Positions 1-11,420 are shown, numbered from the stretch's first letter. The stretch is DNA of 64,000 nt from Chrysomallon squamiferum (GCA_012295275.1 CM022678.1:1302001-1366000), one strand, 5' to 3'. Numbers and translations are program-made. Notes: a model not told the origin generated them from the sequence alone.

Positions 1-289
1 ATAAAACTACATCAGGATGTGTGTCAGGAGGGAGTAGAAAATTAATGTCAGCTTTGTACCACAGAAATTAGAAACAAAATTTAGATTTCTTCAAAACAAT
101 TTTTCAATTTTTTCATGAATATATTATTTTCTGCACAATTATAAAATATTCTCATTAGTTATCTTCCATTTAAATAATGTATTAAACTGAAAATTTCAGG
201 GGGTTTATATCAAAATGTATTTATGTTACAATATTTAGCACCATTCTCCTGTAAACATACAATGAAATCTGCAACTCAGTTTTGTCAAG

Positions 290-489
290 AGGAGTTAGTA
301 CTCTCAACATTTCAATATGTCAGCCGTCAGCTGCCAATTGTAAAACAAGTTTGTTATCACTGTTAATTAAATTAGGATTGGCTCCATGTTCCATTAAATA
401 CAAAACTATTTTATTCTGTTTTCAACATTCAGAAATGAATCAATTTCATCCTCATCATAATTAACAGCTGTAAAAAGAGGCGTTTCACC
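290..489 (-). pseudogene. Decayed ankyrin repeats downstream of the NLR-like stop codon
   Basis: After the TGA the frame reads GETPLFTAVNYDE; a shifted frame then gives QNKIVLYLMEHGANPNL and VLQLAA, with stops and frameshifts. Confidence 0.85.
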
Positions 490-2850
490 TCAGCTGTTTT
501 CAATATTTATATCAAAACCTTTTTCAATCAGTGCTGTCACAATTTCTATATTTCCATCTTTAGCTGCTAGGTGTAAAACAGAATTGTTATCTGTTAAATT
601 AGGATCAGCTCCATGTTCCAGTAAATATAAAATTATTTTGTTCTCTTCATACTTAACAGCTGTAAACAGAGGAGTTTCACCTCTACAGTTTCTAATGTTT
701 ACATCTACCCCTTTTTCAATCAGTGCTGTCACAATTTCTATATTTCCACGTTTAGCTGCTAGGTGTAAAACAGAATTGTTATCATTGTCTGTTAAATTAG
801 GATCAGCTCCATGTTCCAGTAAAAACAACGCTACTTGGGTCTTACGAGAGGCCACAGATGGATCTTTAGAGTAATAAAAAGCTGCAAACAGAGGAGTTTT
901 ACCTGTACAGTTTCTAATATTTACATCTACCCCTTTTTCAATCAGTGCTGTCGTAATTTCTATATTTTTGTATAGAGCTGCTAGGTGTAAAACAGAATTG
1001 TTATCATTGTTTGTTAAATTTGGATCAGCTCCATGTTCCAGTAAATACAAAATTAGTTTGTTCTGATCATTCTTAACAGCTGTAAACAAAGGAGTTTCAC
1101 CTTTACAGTTTCTAATATTTACATCTAACCCTTTTTCAGTCAGTGCAGTCATAATTTCTGTATTTTCAACTTTAGCTGCTATGTGTAAGACAGAATTGTT
1201 ATCATTGTCTGTTAAATTAGGATCAGCTCCATGTTCCAGTAAATACAACGCTACTTTGGTCTTACGATAGGCAAAGGATGGGTCTACCATAAATAAAATT
1301 TCATTGTAATTAAAAGCTCTAGAAAGAGGAGTTTCACCTCTACAGTTTCTAATATTTACATCTAGCCCATTTTCAAGCAGTGCAGTCACAATTTCTGTAT
1401 TTCCAGGAAAAGCTGCTTCGTGTAAAACAGAATTGCTATTATTGTCTGTTAAATTTGGATCAGCTCCATTTTCAAGTAAATACAAAACTACTTTGTTCTT
1501 TTCATTCTTAACAGCTGTAAACAAAGGAGTTTCACCTCTACAGTTTCTAATATTTACATCTACACCTTTTTCAATCAATGCAGTCATAATTTCTGTATTT
1601 TCAAGTTTAGCTGCTAGGAATAAAACAGAATTGTCATCATTGTCTTTTAAATAAGGATCAGCTCCATGTTCCAGTAAATACAACGCTACTTTGGACTTAC
1701 AAGAGGCAAAAGTTAGATCTACATACAAAAGATATTTAGAGTAATCAAGAGCTGCAAACAGAGGAGTTTCACCTCTACAGTTTCTAATATTTACATCTGC
1801 ACCTTTTTCAATCAGTGCAGTCATAATTTCTGTATTTCCAAATTTAGCTGCTAGGTGTAAAATAGAATTGTTATCATTGTCTTTTAAATAAGGATTAGCT
1901 CCATGTTCCAGTAAATACAACGCTACTTTGGTCTTACTAGAGGCCACAATTTGATGTACACGTAAAAGACCTTCTGGGTAATAAAGAGCTGCAAACAGAG
2001 GAGTTTCACCTCTACAGTTTCTAATATTTACATCTACCCCTTTCTCAATCAGTGCAGAAACAGTTTTTGTAATTCCAAAGTTAGCTGCAAAGTATAAAAC
2101 AGAATTGTTATCAGTGTCTGTCAAATTAGGATCAGCTCCATGTTCCATTAAATACAACACTTCTTTGGTCCTATAAGAGTCCTCAAGACAAAACATATTA
2201 CTTTGACATTCACAGCAAGTTAAAAGAGGAGTTTTACCTCTACAATTTCTAATATTTACATCTACACCTTTTTCAATCAGTGCTGTCATAATTTCCATAT
2301 TTGCATGATCAGCTGCTTGGTGTAAAATAGAATTATTATCATTGTCTGTTAAATTAGGATCAGCTCCATGTTCCAGTAAATACAAAACTACTTTTGTCAA
2401 ATGACCGTGCACATGAAAAGAACTATCATAATGATAGGACGCAAAAGTTGTATAAAGAGATAAAAGAGGAGTTTCACCTCTACAGTTTCTATTATTTACA
2501 TCTACACCTTTCTCAATCAGAGCTGTCACAAGTTCTGTATTTTGTTGATTAGCTGCTATGTGTAAAACAGAATTGTTATCATTGTCTATTAAATAAGGAT
2601 CAGCTCCATGTTCCAGTAAATACAAAACTACTTTGGTTTTATCAGAGGCTAAAGATGGAATCATAACAAATCCAGATTCATTGTAATTAAAAGCTCTAGA
2701 AAGAGGAGTTTCACCTCTACAGTTTCTAATATTTACATCTACCCCGTTTTCAATCAGTGCAGTCACAATTTCTGTATTTCCACGAAAAGCTGCTTCGTGT
2801 AAAACAGAATTGCTTTTATTGTCTGTTAAATTAGGATCAGCCCCTTGTTT
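490..2850 (-). repeat. High-identity coding tandem array of paired ankyrin units (about 200-240 bp each, about 11 units)
   Basis: Recurrent near-identical blocks such as ggatcagctccatgttccagtaaataca and gaggagtttcacctctacagtttctaatatttacatcta. Confidence 0.95.
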
Positions 2851-5492
2851 TAGTAAGTATAAAGCTATTTCTGGTCTGTTGAAGTATGTAGACATAAAAA
2901 GAGGAGTTTTTCCTTGAGTTTTAATCACACTTATTTCAACACCTTTTTTTGTTAATACTTTCACCACAGCTATGTCAGTTTGAGATGCTATGTGCAATGC
3001 TGAATTGTTTTGATTATCAGTTATGTTAGTATTAGCACCATTTTCCAGCAAAGCTATTTCCTTTCGGTGTCTCTCTGCTTCTACAACTTCATAAAATGGA
3101 GTTTCTCCCTCACTGTTTACTTCATTAATATCTGCATTTTTCTCTATTAGTGATTTTATCATATCTAAGTCACCACGCAGAACTGCAATGTGGAGAAGTG
3201 TGTCTGATCGCAACAATTTGTAACTCCGTTTTTCTAGTTTTAATCTAATTTCTTTTTCAAACAACTGAATTAATTTCTGCTTAAGATCTACATTCACATT
3301 AGGATCAGCTCCTTTATCAAGAAGACACTGAACAACATCTACACTGTTAAACATCACTGCCACTTTCAGTACTTGACTTTTCTTCCACTTGTCATTACAT
3401 CTGTGCTCAATGAGAAAATTCACTGTATCAGTAGATCCCCACATTGCTGCTGCTAAAAGTACTTTATCTCTGTTCTCATCATTTAAACAATCAGGTTTCA
3501 GTTGTACTATTTCTTTTATAATGTTTGAAGACGTATGACCAGCAGCAATGATAGCAATGTCTTTAGTTTTGGTTAATATATCAATGGTAACCAGTTTCTT
3601 AAGAAGGTGGCTTACATCAAAAACTTTAGAAGTCTTTGATTTAAATCTGACTTTTCTATGGAATCTAATCAATAACAGTTTTACAGCTTCTTCCTTGATT
3701 TCACTGTTCTGTTTCTCATTGTTTATCATGTCAGCTAACAGACAGGCAATGTTCATGTTACCTGAATAAATAGAAATATGTAACAAGTGAGAATACTGAC
3801 TCAATTTCATATCTTTTTCATACTGTAACAGTTCTTTGAGTATGGTAGCACTGTCTGTTTTTGAACAAGCCGCTGCACTGAATGTATCAAATGTTGGACT
3901 AACACCTGATTGTAGCAACATTCTCACAATATCTTCATCACCAAACAAACAAGAAATATAAAAAAGTTCATTTTTCAGATACGGTAATTCCATGTTACAC
4001 AGATTTGATGTGAAAAATCTTGATAATGTTCTTAGTCCTTTCTCAACACACGTACCTGGAAGAGACACTAAATTTATAGATCTTGTTTCAACGTTTATAT
4101 TCCACATGTTTGTAGACTCAAACTTTGAATCATTGCGAAGAAGATATGAAATATTGCTAAATATTTTATAAACAGTGTCTACATGTACACGTGATATAAA
4201 GTAATTTGAAATATTATAAACATAAAGTTTCTGATAGAGTATTTCAGGCAACTTGTCATAAATGTTCTTATCCTCAGTGAGGTATTTCAGAAACTCTTCA
4301 TCTTTCAGTGATGGATGTGAAATAATTACTCTCGCATTGTCTGATGCCAGCAGGTCAGTAAATCTGCGAGCAAGAAAATCAAAGCAGTCAGGTCTCACAG
4401 TCATTGTAATGTGACTTTTGTTAGACACTCCAGGCGTCACAACATATTCTAACAACATGGAGACAGGACACACTTCTAGCAACTCTGCTGCTTTCTTTGG
4501 AAACTTTGATGAAAATATCAGAAACAAAGAGTCAAACACTGACTGGTGAATAAATGTGTATTCATTGTCAGAACACTTCAAATAGGTACCACACATTTCA
4601 TCAGCAGTTTCCTTGATATCTGTAAGATCAGTGTTTTTTACACTCCGACAGAATCGCTCTAGCTTTCTTACTAATTTCATTATGTCACTGTCAGTGTCAT
4701 TTTCAGATGGGTCCAGTGAATCAACGCTCATACTGCCTTGTTGGAACAAGATCAGCAGTAGCACCAGGTAATTGATCTGTAAAGTTTTGTCTTTTATCAA
4801 ATTTTCCACCTCTTCTTTGAGATATTCTACAGGTTTCTTAAAAAACTCAACTCCTCTTTTCTGTGCATCACTTGAATTAACATAATACACACACACCTGA
4901 GGAAACCCTAACTCTGTACATGAACTTTCAATGGCAGTCATTTTATCACTTTCATCCATTTTAACATCCTTTTGTTTGAGATATTTTTTTAGAATTTTTT
5001 CCTTTTCATCATCATCCAGACAACAGTCATCACTCTGCAGATCAAGAATATGTTTCTCATTAAACAGACCAAATTCCTTCAAACTAATTTCAGTTTCTGA
5101 AAATATTTGTTTTCTTAAAGTAATAATACATTTCAAAGAATCATCCTGAACAGGATTCCATAGCTTTGGAAATTTTAGTTTCCATGAGTCTCTAAAATCT
5201 GAAACAAGATTAGTCTTACCAAATATATCATCAATGAGAACAACACATTTCTTATTTTCAGATAGAGAGATGTCATTGAATTCATAGTGGTGAGTCAGTG
5301 AGTAAGATTCTCTTTTTTCTTCATTTTCTATCTGTCTCATCATCCTCAAAGCCAGAGTTGTCTTTCCTGAACCTGGACATCCTACTACAATTACAACACC
5401 ATGTTTCTTCAAAAGTTCAACACCTTTTTTCTCTGCTCTTGTTTCAACATAGACACATCTGTCAGCTGAGTTTAAATGTGACCTGGTAGACT
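490..5492 (-). CDS. 5-kb terminal exon: P-loop STAND NTPase plus ankyrin repeat array
   Basis: ORF 490..5412 extends in frame to the acceptor ttcttgtacag at 5493. GxPGSGKT and hhhhDD motifs; repeated GETPLF..A / NSVLHLAA..GN.EIVTALIEKGVDVN. Confidence 0.95.
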
Positions 5493-8400
5493 CTGTACAA
5501 GAACATTTAAAAGATTAACATCTATATAATTCTTTTTAACATGTTTCACTATTTAAATATAAATAATATAATATTTAAGTGGTCATGACATGTGAGGTTT
5601 TTAAATTAAAAGGAGTTTGTTGTCATAATTTTTACTCGTCAGAATTTAATGATGATCATAAGATGTCACAATTGTAGATGGCGTAAATATAACGAGATGA
5701 TTTTCTTTCTGTTTATGAATATCTTTGAAAACTATAAAAAAAAAATAATAATAAAAAAATACCTTTCATATTGGATGCTCTTCCATCAGTCTTTGCTGAA
5801 ATAATATTAAAATAAAACAAATCAATTTATATTATTGATGTTGAGTAAAAGAGAATGATTAAAGTGATCTGTACAATTACTCTGCACTTTATTCATGAAA
5901 CAGTAAATATGTAATTTATTATTACTGTATCTTTTTTGATTCTATGGCATTCCCCCCTTCCGGATTCCTCCAGTGAAATTCCCCCTGCCTACCATGCCAA
6001 GGATAATTGATCTCTTGTACAGTTTAACTAGATATATAAAGATAATTGTATGTAGTGCATGTGTTACATAATGTTTTTTCGACACATTTTACATGTGGAG
6101 ACTGTGAGCAACACCACGGAGGAAATCCTGGTAATCTCTGTTACCGTAGTCTGTGACCACAATCTGAAGCTGCTGGATGATGTCTCTGTAAATGCGACGT
6201 TGTGGGCTTCTATGGCAGGTATCTGGTGCAACGTTATAGTACTGAAGGATTGTTCTTTTTTCGGAACATCTAGAAACAGCCAGATATTTGGATGAAGACT
6301 GTAGATGATGAACTTTGAAACAACAGGTAGGCAAGGGGGGGGGGGCGAACTGTCACAAGGGAAATTTCTGGTGAGGAAATGCCCTGACACCATCTTTGTT
6401 ATTTAGTTATATAATTACTCCTAATACTTTCAAAACTACTGCCGTTGTTTCTTATCACTGATGTTCTTTTTTAGTGTGATTGTTGGTGTGATAGAGACAA
6501 CCAGACTCTCCTCTTTAATATGTAAAGCTTAAGAATTACATAAGCTAAGCATGATGAAGACGCCAGTCTCCTCTTTAATACGTAATGGATGTCATATTTC
6601 CTTAAAAATTATATAAGCTTTGTGAAATGTTGTTTTGGGGAACCCACTAGCGTCTGCATGTCTGGTGAAGTTGAAACTAGTCTCAGCACCACTCTGGGGG
6701 AGGAATGTTAAAAGATATCCTATGTGGTCTTTCCTGAATAATAAAATGTATATGTTTATGTATTGAAATAGTATAACACAGTGGTTCTCAACCTTTTAAC
6801 ACAGTGGTTCTCAACGCAATAAAGGGACCATATCAAGATTGCCACTGACTGCTCTTTTAAATAAATCACTATATCTTTTTGTGGGCAACTAACTTGTCTG
6901 TTGAAGTGAGAATATTTTCGTTATTACCTTGCATTCGACTGTTTGTTGCATTTAGTTCACTAAATATTTCTGTTAAGTATTCCATTTTAGACATTTAAAA
7001 TTCACAGAATTTCTCCTGCTTTTCCTGGATAAAAAAATGACAGAAATGCCTTGTGCAGTTCATGAACACGATTTAGTACTTTGCTTTTCGACAGCCAGTG
7101 AACCTCAGTGTGCATAAATAACTTAACATGCTGAGTCCATCTCTTTGCACAGTTGTTCAAATAATCTTGACTTCAGTGGCCTACTTTTTATATAATTGAC
7201 CAAACCAATTACTTGATGTAACACAACCTTTAAATCTTCCTGCGATATTTTTGAAACAAGAACTTCTCTATGTAGAAAGCAATGAGTACGAATGAGATTT
7301 GGATTTTCTTTTTCTACAAAAGATTTCAGCACACTGGTTGAGAATCACTGGTAAAACCATTAATTTGGAGCACGGCTGGTAATCTGAGATCAGACTGATC
7401 ACAGTAACTGTAGACTGTTATCTCTAAAACAGTGGGTGAGAATAGTGGGTATCTGAGATCAACACTGATCATCAGTAATTGTAAACATAGATACCACAGT
7501 GGTGTTATAGATAACTGACTGTCACGTCAAAGTCCTGCTAAACAGAACATTAGTTTGATATACTTGCATATTCTAATACATCTTGGGGTTTCCTAGTTTA
7601 AAAATATGAAACATCCCCCACATGTTCACGTATGTGAATTTTGTGGCGTAAAACTGTTTGCAATCGGCTGTGCAAGCATTGTCAGCTTACTTGGTAAATA
7701 ACTATTATTAGATCATATATTCTTTAAATCTAAACTTCTGTTTTTGTGTTTCTAATGATTTAACATTAAATATAAATACATATATGGCCTTAGAGTCAAG
7801 CCAAATTGGGTAGCTATCTACCCGATACAGGGAGTTCCCTATGTATAGTTAGTGTTATTTTGGAGGAAGAGTGTTATGCACAATACAGGGTTCTAATTTG
7901 GTTACGTGACGATGGTATTAATTACGGGTCGCTTGTGAGTGCGTTAGATGCCCCACTGTTTATTGTTGCTGTTGTTACTGTTATTATTATTATTGTTGTT
8001 GCTGCTGTTGTTGTTACGTATGCTTTGTAGTATGTTTAGTATTTGCAGGTGATAATAATGACATACATACATAGTCATGTTCAAGTCACGTTGAGTTGTA
8101 TCAACAGTTTAAGAAGAAAATCTCAGTCAGAACTTATGCTATGGCGGAATATGTTTGTATGTGTGAATGTGTTTATTTATTTATGTTTTTATGTGTCTGT
8201 GTATGTGTGTGTGTAAATTCTACATAACCATTTTCTTTTCTGTAACCCTTTTAAAAATTATGTATTATCGTTTATAAATGGGTATTAATACATATAAACT
8301 AAGGACTATGACTGCAATAAATTAATACAGTTATATAAAGTTTCTTTCTTTCTGTTTTCTTTTTCTTTTACTAAAGTGTAATTTATTTAGATTCATAAAT

Positions 8401-11158
8401 AAAAGCCGGAAGTGTTAGGTGGATAATTAATACTGCTTTGATAATTTGAAAGGAATAATTAGTAATTTTTGAAATTGTTAAATTAAAGAAATGAGAATAT
8501 TGTAAATGAAACAAAATGCCTTGATTCCCAGCCCTGCACACATAGATCGGACAGCTATTTCCGAACAGGTAAAACAATTAAAATAGTTTTTCATTTCTTT
8601 TACCACCCTCATTCAAAGAAAAAAATGATATTACTTGTATCAAAAATATTAATGTTGATTTCAAAATTACAGATTATTACTTAACAAGGTTTTGGTTTTA
8701 TTGGGGTAACCTCTGCAGCACTGACGTTGTTCAAGTAGCAATGCAGCAAGACTGAAAACCAAAGAAGGTCACTCAGTGGCCAATGGTGATGTAGTGAATG
8801 GTAGTTTAATTTCAACCATGAGCAAACTATCATTCAGCGTAGCACAAAATTTGCACGAATTGAAAATGAGTTATGAAAGGACGGTTTTGAGCAAACCTCA
8901 TGTGAACTTGGTAGTGGGTAGACATATGTATGTATGTATGTATGTGTATATTATGTCTGTGTTGACATGAGTTGGTCACAGTGTTTGATGGTAAAATACT
9001 GATGATTAATGTGACATATAGTTCTGTTATCTATTAAATATGTTTCAGGTTTTAACTTACTGGTTTCCACAGCTTCATCTTCTGATACATTATTTCTGTT
9101 ACTTGATAGATTGTTATCTGTGCTCATATTTACATTATGTTCTACCACTTCTTGTGTTGCTGCAAACATAACAAAATTTATTATTTAAATTTACAGCCTA
9201 CAAGTGTTATTTCTAAAACTCTCTGTATCTACACATAATATCAAAAATGTTATCAGTATTACTCAATTATAACAACATATAACACAATTTGTTTATGTGT
9301 GTGTATGTTTTTACATATGTCACCAGCTATTGCTAAAGCAGACATGTTTTTGAGAGCTGGTTGTGAATAAACGGCCTGGTTTGTACACAGCTCAGATGGG
9401 ATTTACTGCATCAAAGAATCCTTTGATAGTTTATTGGTAATTGGTTGAGAAAGGTCACAAGTGGGCTTCGTATTCTGGGTAACATTAATGGGTGTCAAGA
9501 AGTTTAGTCTGTGTTAGATTTAATGAAAAATAAGTAATTTAGCTATGTAGTTGCTAGAAAGTCAGCACTCCAGTAAAATGACTTGTAAACCTTTACTAAG
9601 TGAGCTTGGTGATGTCAACTTGTCTGTTAATTGGGTTTTACTTGTGTAGTTCACTGCTGTTTTAGGTTACATCCAGCAAGAATGTGCACCAAAACAGGAT
9701 AAAACCGCCACCTAGTTTACAAAAACATGTTCCCATATACATCTATGTTTATTCAATGAAAATGGCAGTCTGTACAAAAAGTTATAACTCTGAAATATGA
9801 TTTAAAATAGTGTGCTTCATGCAGTCAGTGACATTTGATACTTGTACTAAGTATTTCTTCTACAGGTTGTTTTGTATCTGTCACTGACCATGCCTTTTAG
9901 CATCTGAACGTATTTCATATTTCTAGCCCTGCTATAATGGTTATAAAAATATTATTTAAATTCGGTAAAAATAAAAAATAAAAATAAAAATAAAAAAATA
10001 ATAAAAAATTCACGAATGTTTCATGAAAATATCTCTTCAGCTAGCCATTGTTGGTTACTAGGATATTTTGTTTGTCGTGATTATTGAGTGACATCAATAT
10101 TAAAAATGTCCAAAATAAACGAATGATCTATTAGTCAGGATATCACACGTGTCTATATTGTTCAGGTAAAAGTGTCTAACAGAAAACTACTAATGACTAC
10201 TGTAATGTGCAGTTCTGATATCTACTAAATATGCTTCAGCTATTAACTTACTAGTTATGTTAGTTTTATCTCCTAACACAACTGTTCCACACTTAGACAA
10301 ATTTATTCTCTGTTCTACCATAAAAATTGGTGCTGCAGGACCTGCGAAACAGAGAAAATTAAATCATCAAAATTCACATCTTGCAAATGTTATTTCTAAA
10401 AATGTTTTAACAATATGTAGAACTATGGTAGCATACAGTATTAATACTATATGTTATCTGTCAACGGTATTACTGTGTGTATACAATATATGTTTTAAAA
10501 AATGTATTGAAAATGTTTTAATATGTTAAACAAAAAGGCCATAAATACTTTAAATTGTTAATTCATTATTATTGTAAATAAGAAAGTGTCATTTTTCTTT
10601 TTGCCTGTCAATAAAGTAAACAATACATTCAAATATTCTATTATTACAAATATAAAAATAATGTGGACGCTTTATAATTTCCTATAAAAGAATTAAACAG
10701 TACATTGAAATACTGTATGTATTACCACAACCGCTTGGTGCAGGGTACTGTAACTGATGTCCTGTATTTGTGATGTCAAAGGAAGTCTGAGATGTGAATC
10801 CAGAGAGACAAACACTTGCCATATTGTCTAAGGGTGAAACGGCTGTCACAGACTCTGCAGCAGAAACAGCAGTCACAGACTCTGCTGAGGAAACAGCTAT
10901 CACAGATTCTGCTGAGGAAACAGCTGTCACAGACTCTGCAGTAGAAACAGCTGTCACAGACTCTGGTGAGGAAACAGCTGTCACAGACTCTGCAGAGGAA
11001 ACAGCTGTCACAGACTCTGCTGAGGAAACAGCTATCACAGATTCTGCTGAGGAAACAGCTGTCACAGATTCTATGGACGAAACAGCTGTGATGTTATCTG
11101 TGGCGGAAACAGCTTTGGTGTTAGACGAAACTTCTGAGCTCTCGTTTTTGTTATCCAT
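490..11158 (-). CDS. NLR-like STAND NTPase (nSTAND3-type) with ankyrin repeats and an N-terminal RHIM-like motif; spliced model about 1885 aa
   Basis: Exons with GT-AG ends, all joined in phase 1: 11158-10726 (ATG), 10341-10252, 9159-9061, 5795-5763, 5492-490. The total of 5658 nt is one open frame. The terminal exon reads YVETRAEKKGVELLKKHGVVIVVGCPGSGKT (Walker A), CVVLIDDIFG (Walker B), YTFIHQSVFD (winged-helix-like), then many ankyrin repeats. Confidence 0.8.
5763..5795 (-). CDS. 33-nt linker exon of the NLR-like gene (TKTDGRASNMK)
   Basis: ttatttcag acceptor, AAG/gtattt donor, phase 1-1, keeps frame into the large exon. Confidence 0.7.
5945..6392 (-). mobile_element. Mutator-like (MULE) transposon relic (C-terminal transposase fragment)
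   Basis: Frameshifted HPNIWLFLDVPKKEQ...QRRIYRDIIQQLQIVVTDYGNRDYQDFLRGVAHSL resembles the C-terminus of invertebrate MULE transposases (recognised from memory). C-rich and G-rich imperfect inverted ends. Confidence 0.6.
6779..7350 (-). mobile_element. Internally deleted hAT (Buster/Charlie-type) DNA transposon
   Basis: TIRs CAGTGGTTCTCAACC (6779) and GGTTGAGAATCACTG (7336-7350). Internal THCFLHREVLVSK...VNYIKSRPLKSRLFEQLC...HTEVHWLS is a ZBED5/SCAND3/FAM200-like transposase fragment with a stop. Flanks gtataaca/gtaaaacc may be a decayed 8-bp TSD. Confidence 0.9.
9061..9159 (-). CDS. 99-nt low-complexity linker exon of the NLR-like gene
   Basis: tttgcag acceptor, gtaagt donor, phase 1-1; encodes TQEVVEHNVNMSTDNNLSSNRNNVSEDEAVET. 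Confidence 0.7.
10252..10341 (-). CDS. 90-nt exon encoding a RHIM-like motif (GPAAPIFMVEQRINLSKCGTVVLGDKTNIT)
   Basis: ctgtttcgcag acceptor, gtaagt donor, phase 1-1, open frame. The peptide fits the RHIM pattern, with core tetrad VVLG. Confidence 0.7.
10726..11158 (-). CDS. First coding exon of the NLR-like gene, with 9-aa (TAVSSAESV)n repeats
   Basis: Acceptor ttttacag about 10 nt upstream of ATG 11158; donor TG/gtaata at 10725; ORF 10682..11158. Confidence 0.65.
10835..11115. repeat. 27-bp coding minisatellite, about 10 copies
   Basis: Unit gaaacagctgtcacagactctgctgag. Confidence 0.95.
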
Positions 11159-11199
11159 ATTGGCTGAGCTGTAAAATAATATAACGATATTTAATATAA

Positions 11200-11420
11200 A
11201 AGGAACAAAAGAAATATTTTATTTAACTCATTTTGTTTATATCAGGTGAGACATAAGATTAAGGAACATTGAGATAACAAAAGAAGAATTCCGCTGCTGT
11301 CACTTCATAGGCTATTCTTTCTTATTAACAACAAGTGATATTTCATTTACACCTACCCACAGACAGTGCATACTATTTGATATATGTCATTCAGCAATAC
11401 CTAAATGAAAACAGCTCAAA
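11200..11420 (-). mobile_element. Degenerate SINE (Nin/Deu-domain-like), same family as 56195-56500
   Basis: Shares tattttatttaac, ctgctgtcacttcataggctattcttt, cccacagacagtgcatac with the copy at 56195. Confidence 0.6.

Noticed and set aside
8680-8751. Possible extra NLR exon after a ttttcag acceptor
   Set aside because: No convincing donor before a TAA stop
10794-11174. Plus-strand ORF with ETAVTDSAE repeats
   Set aside because: Antisense shadow of the 27-bp repeat; splice signals and phase support the minus strand
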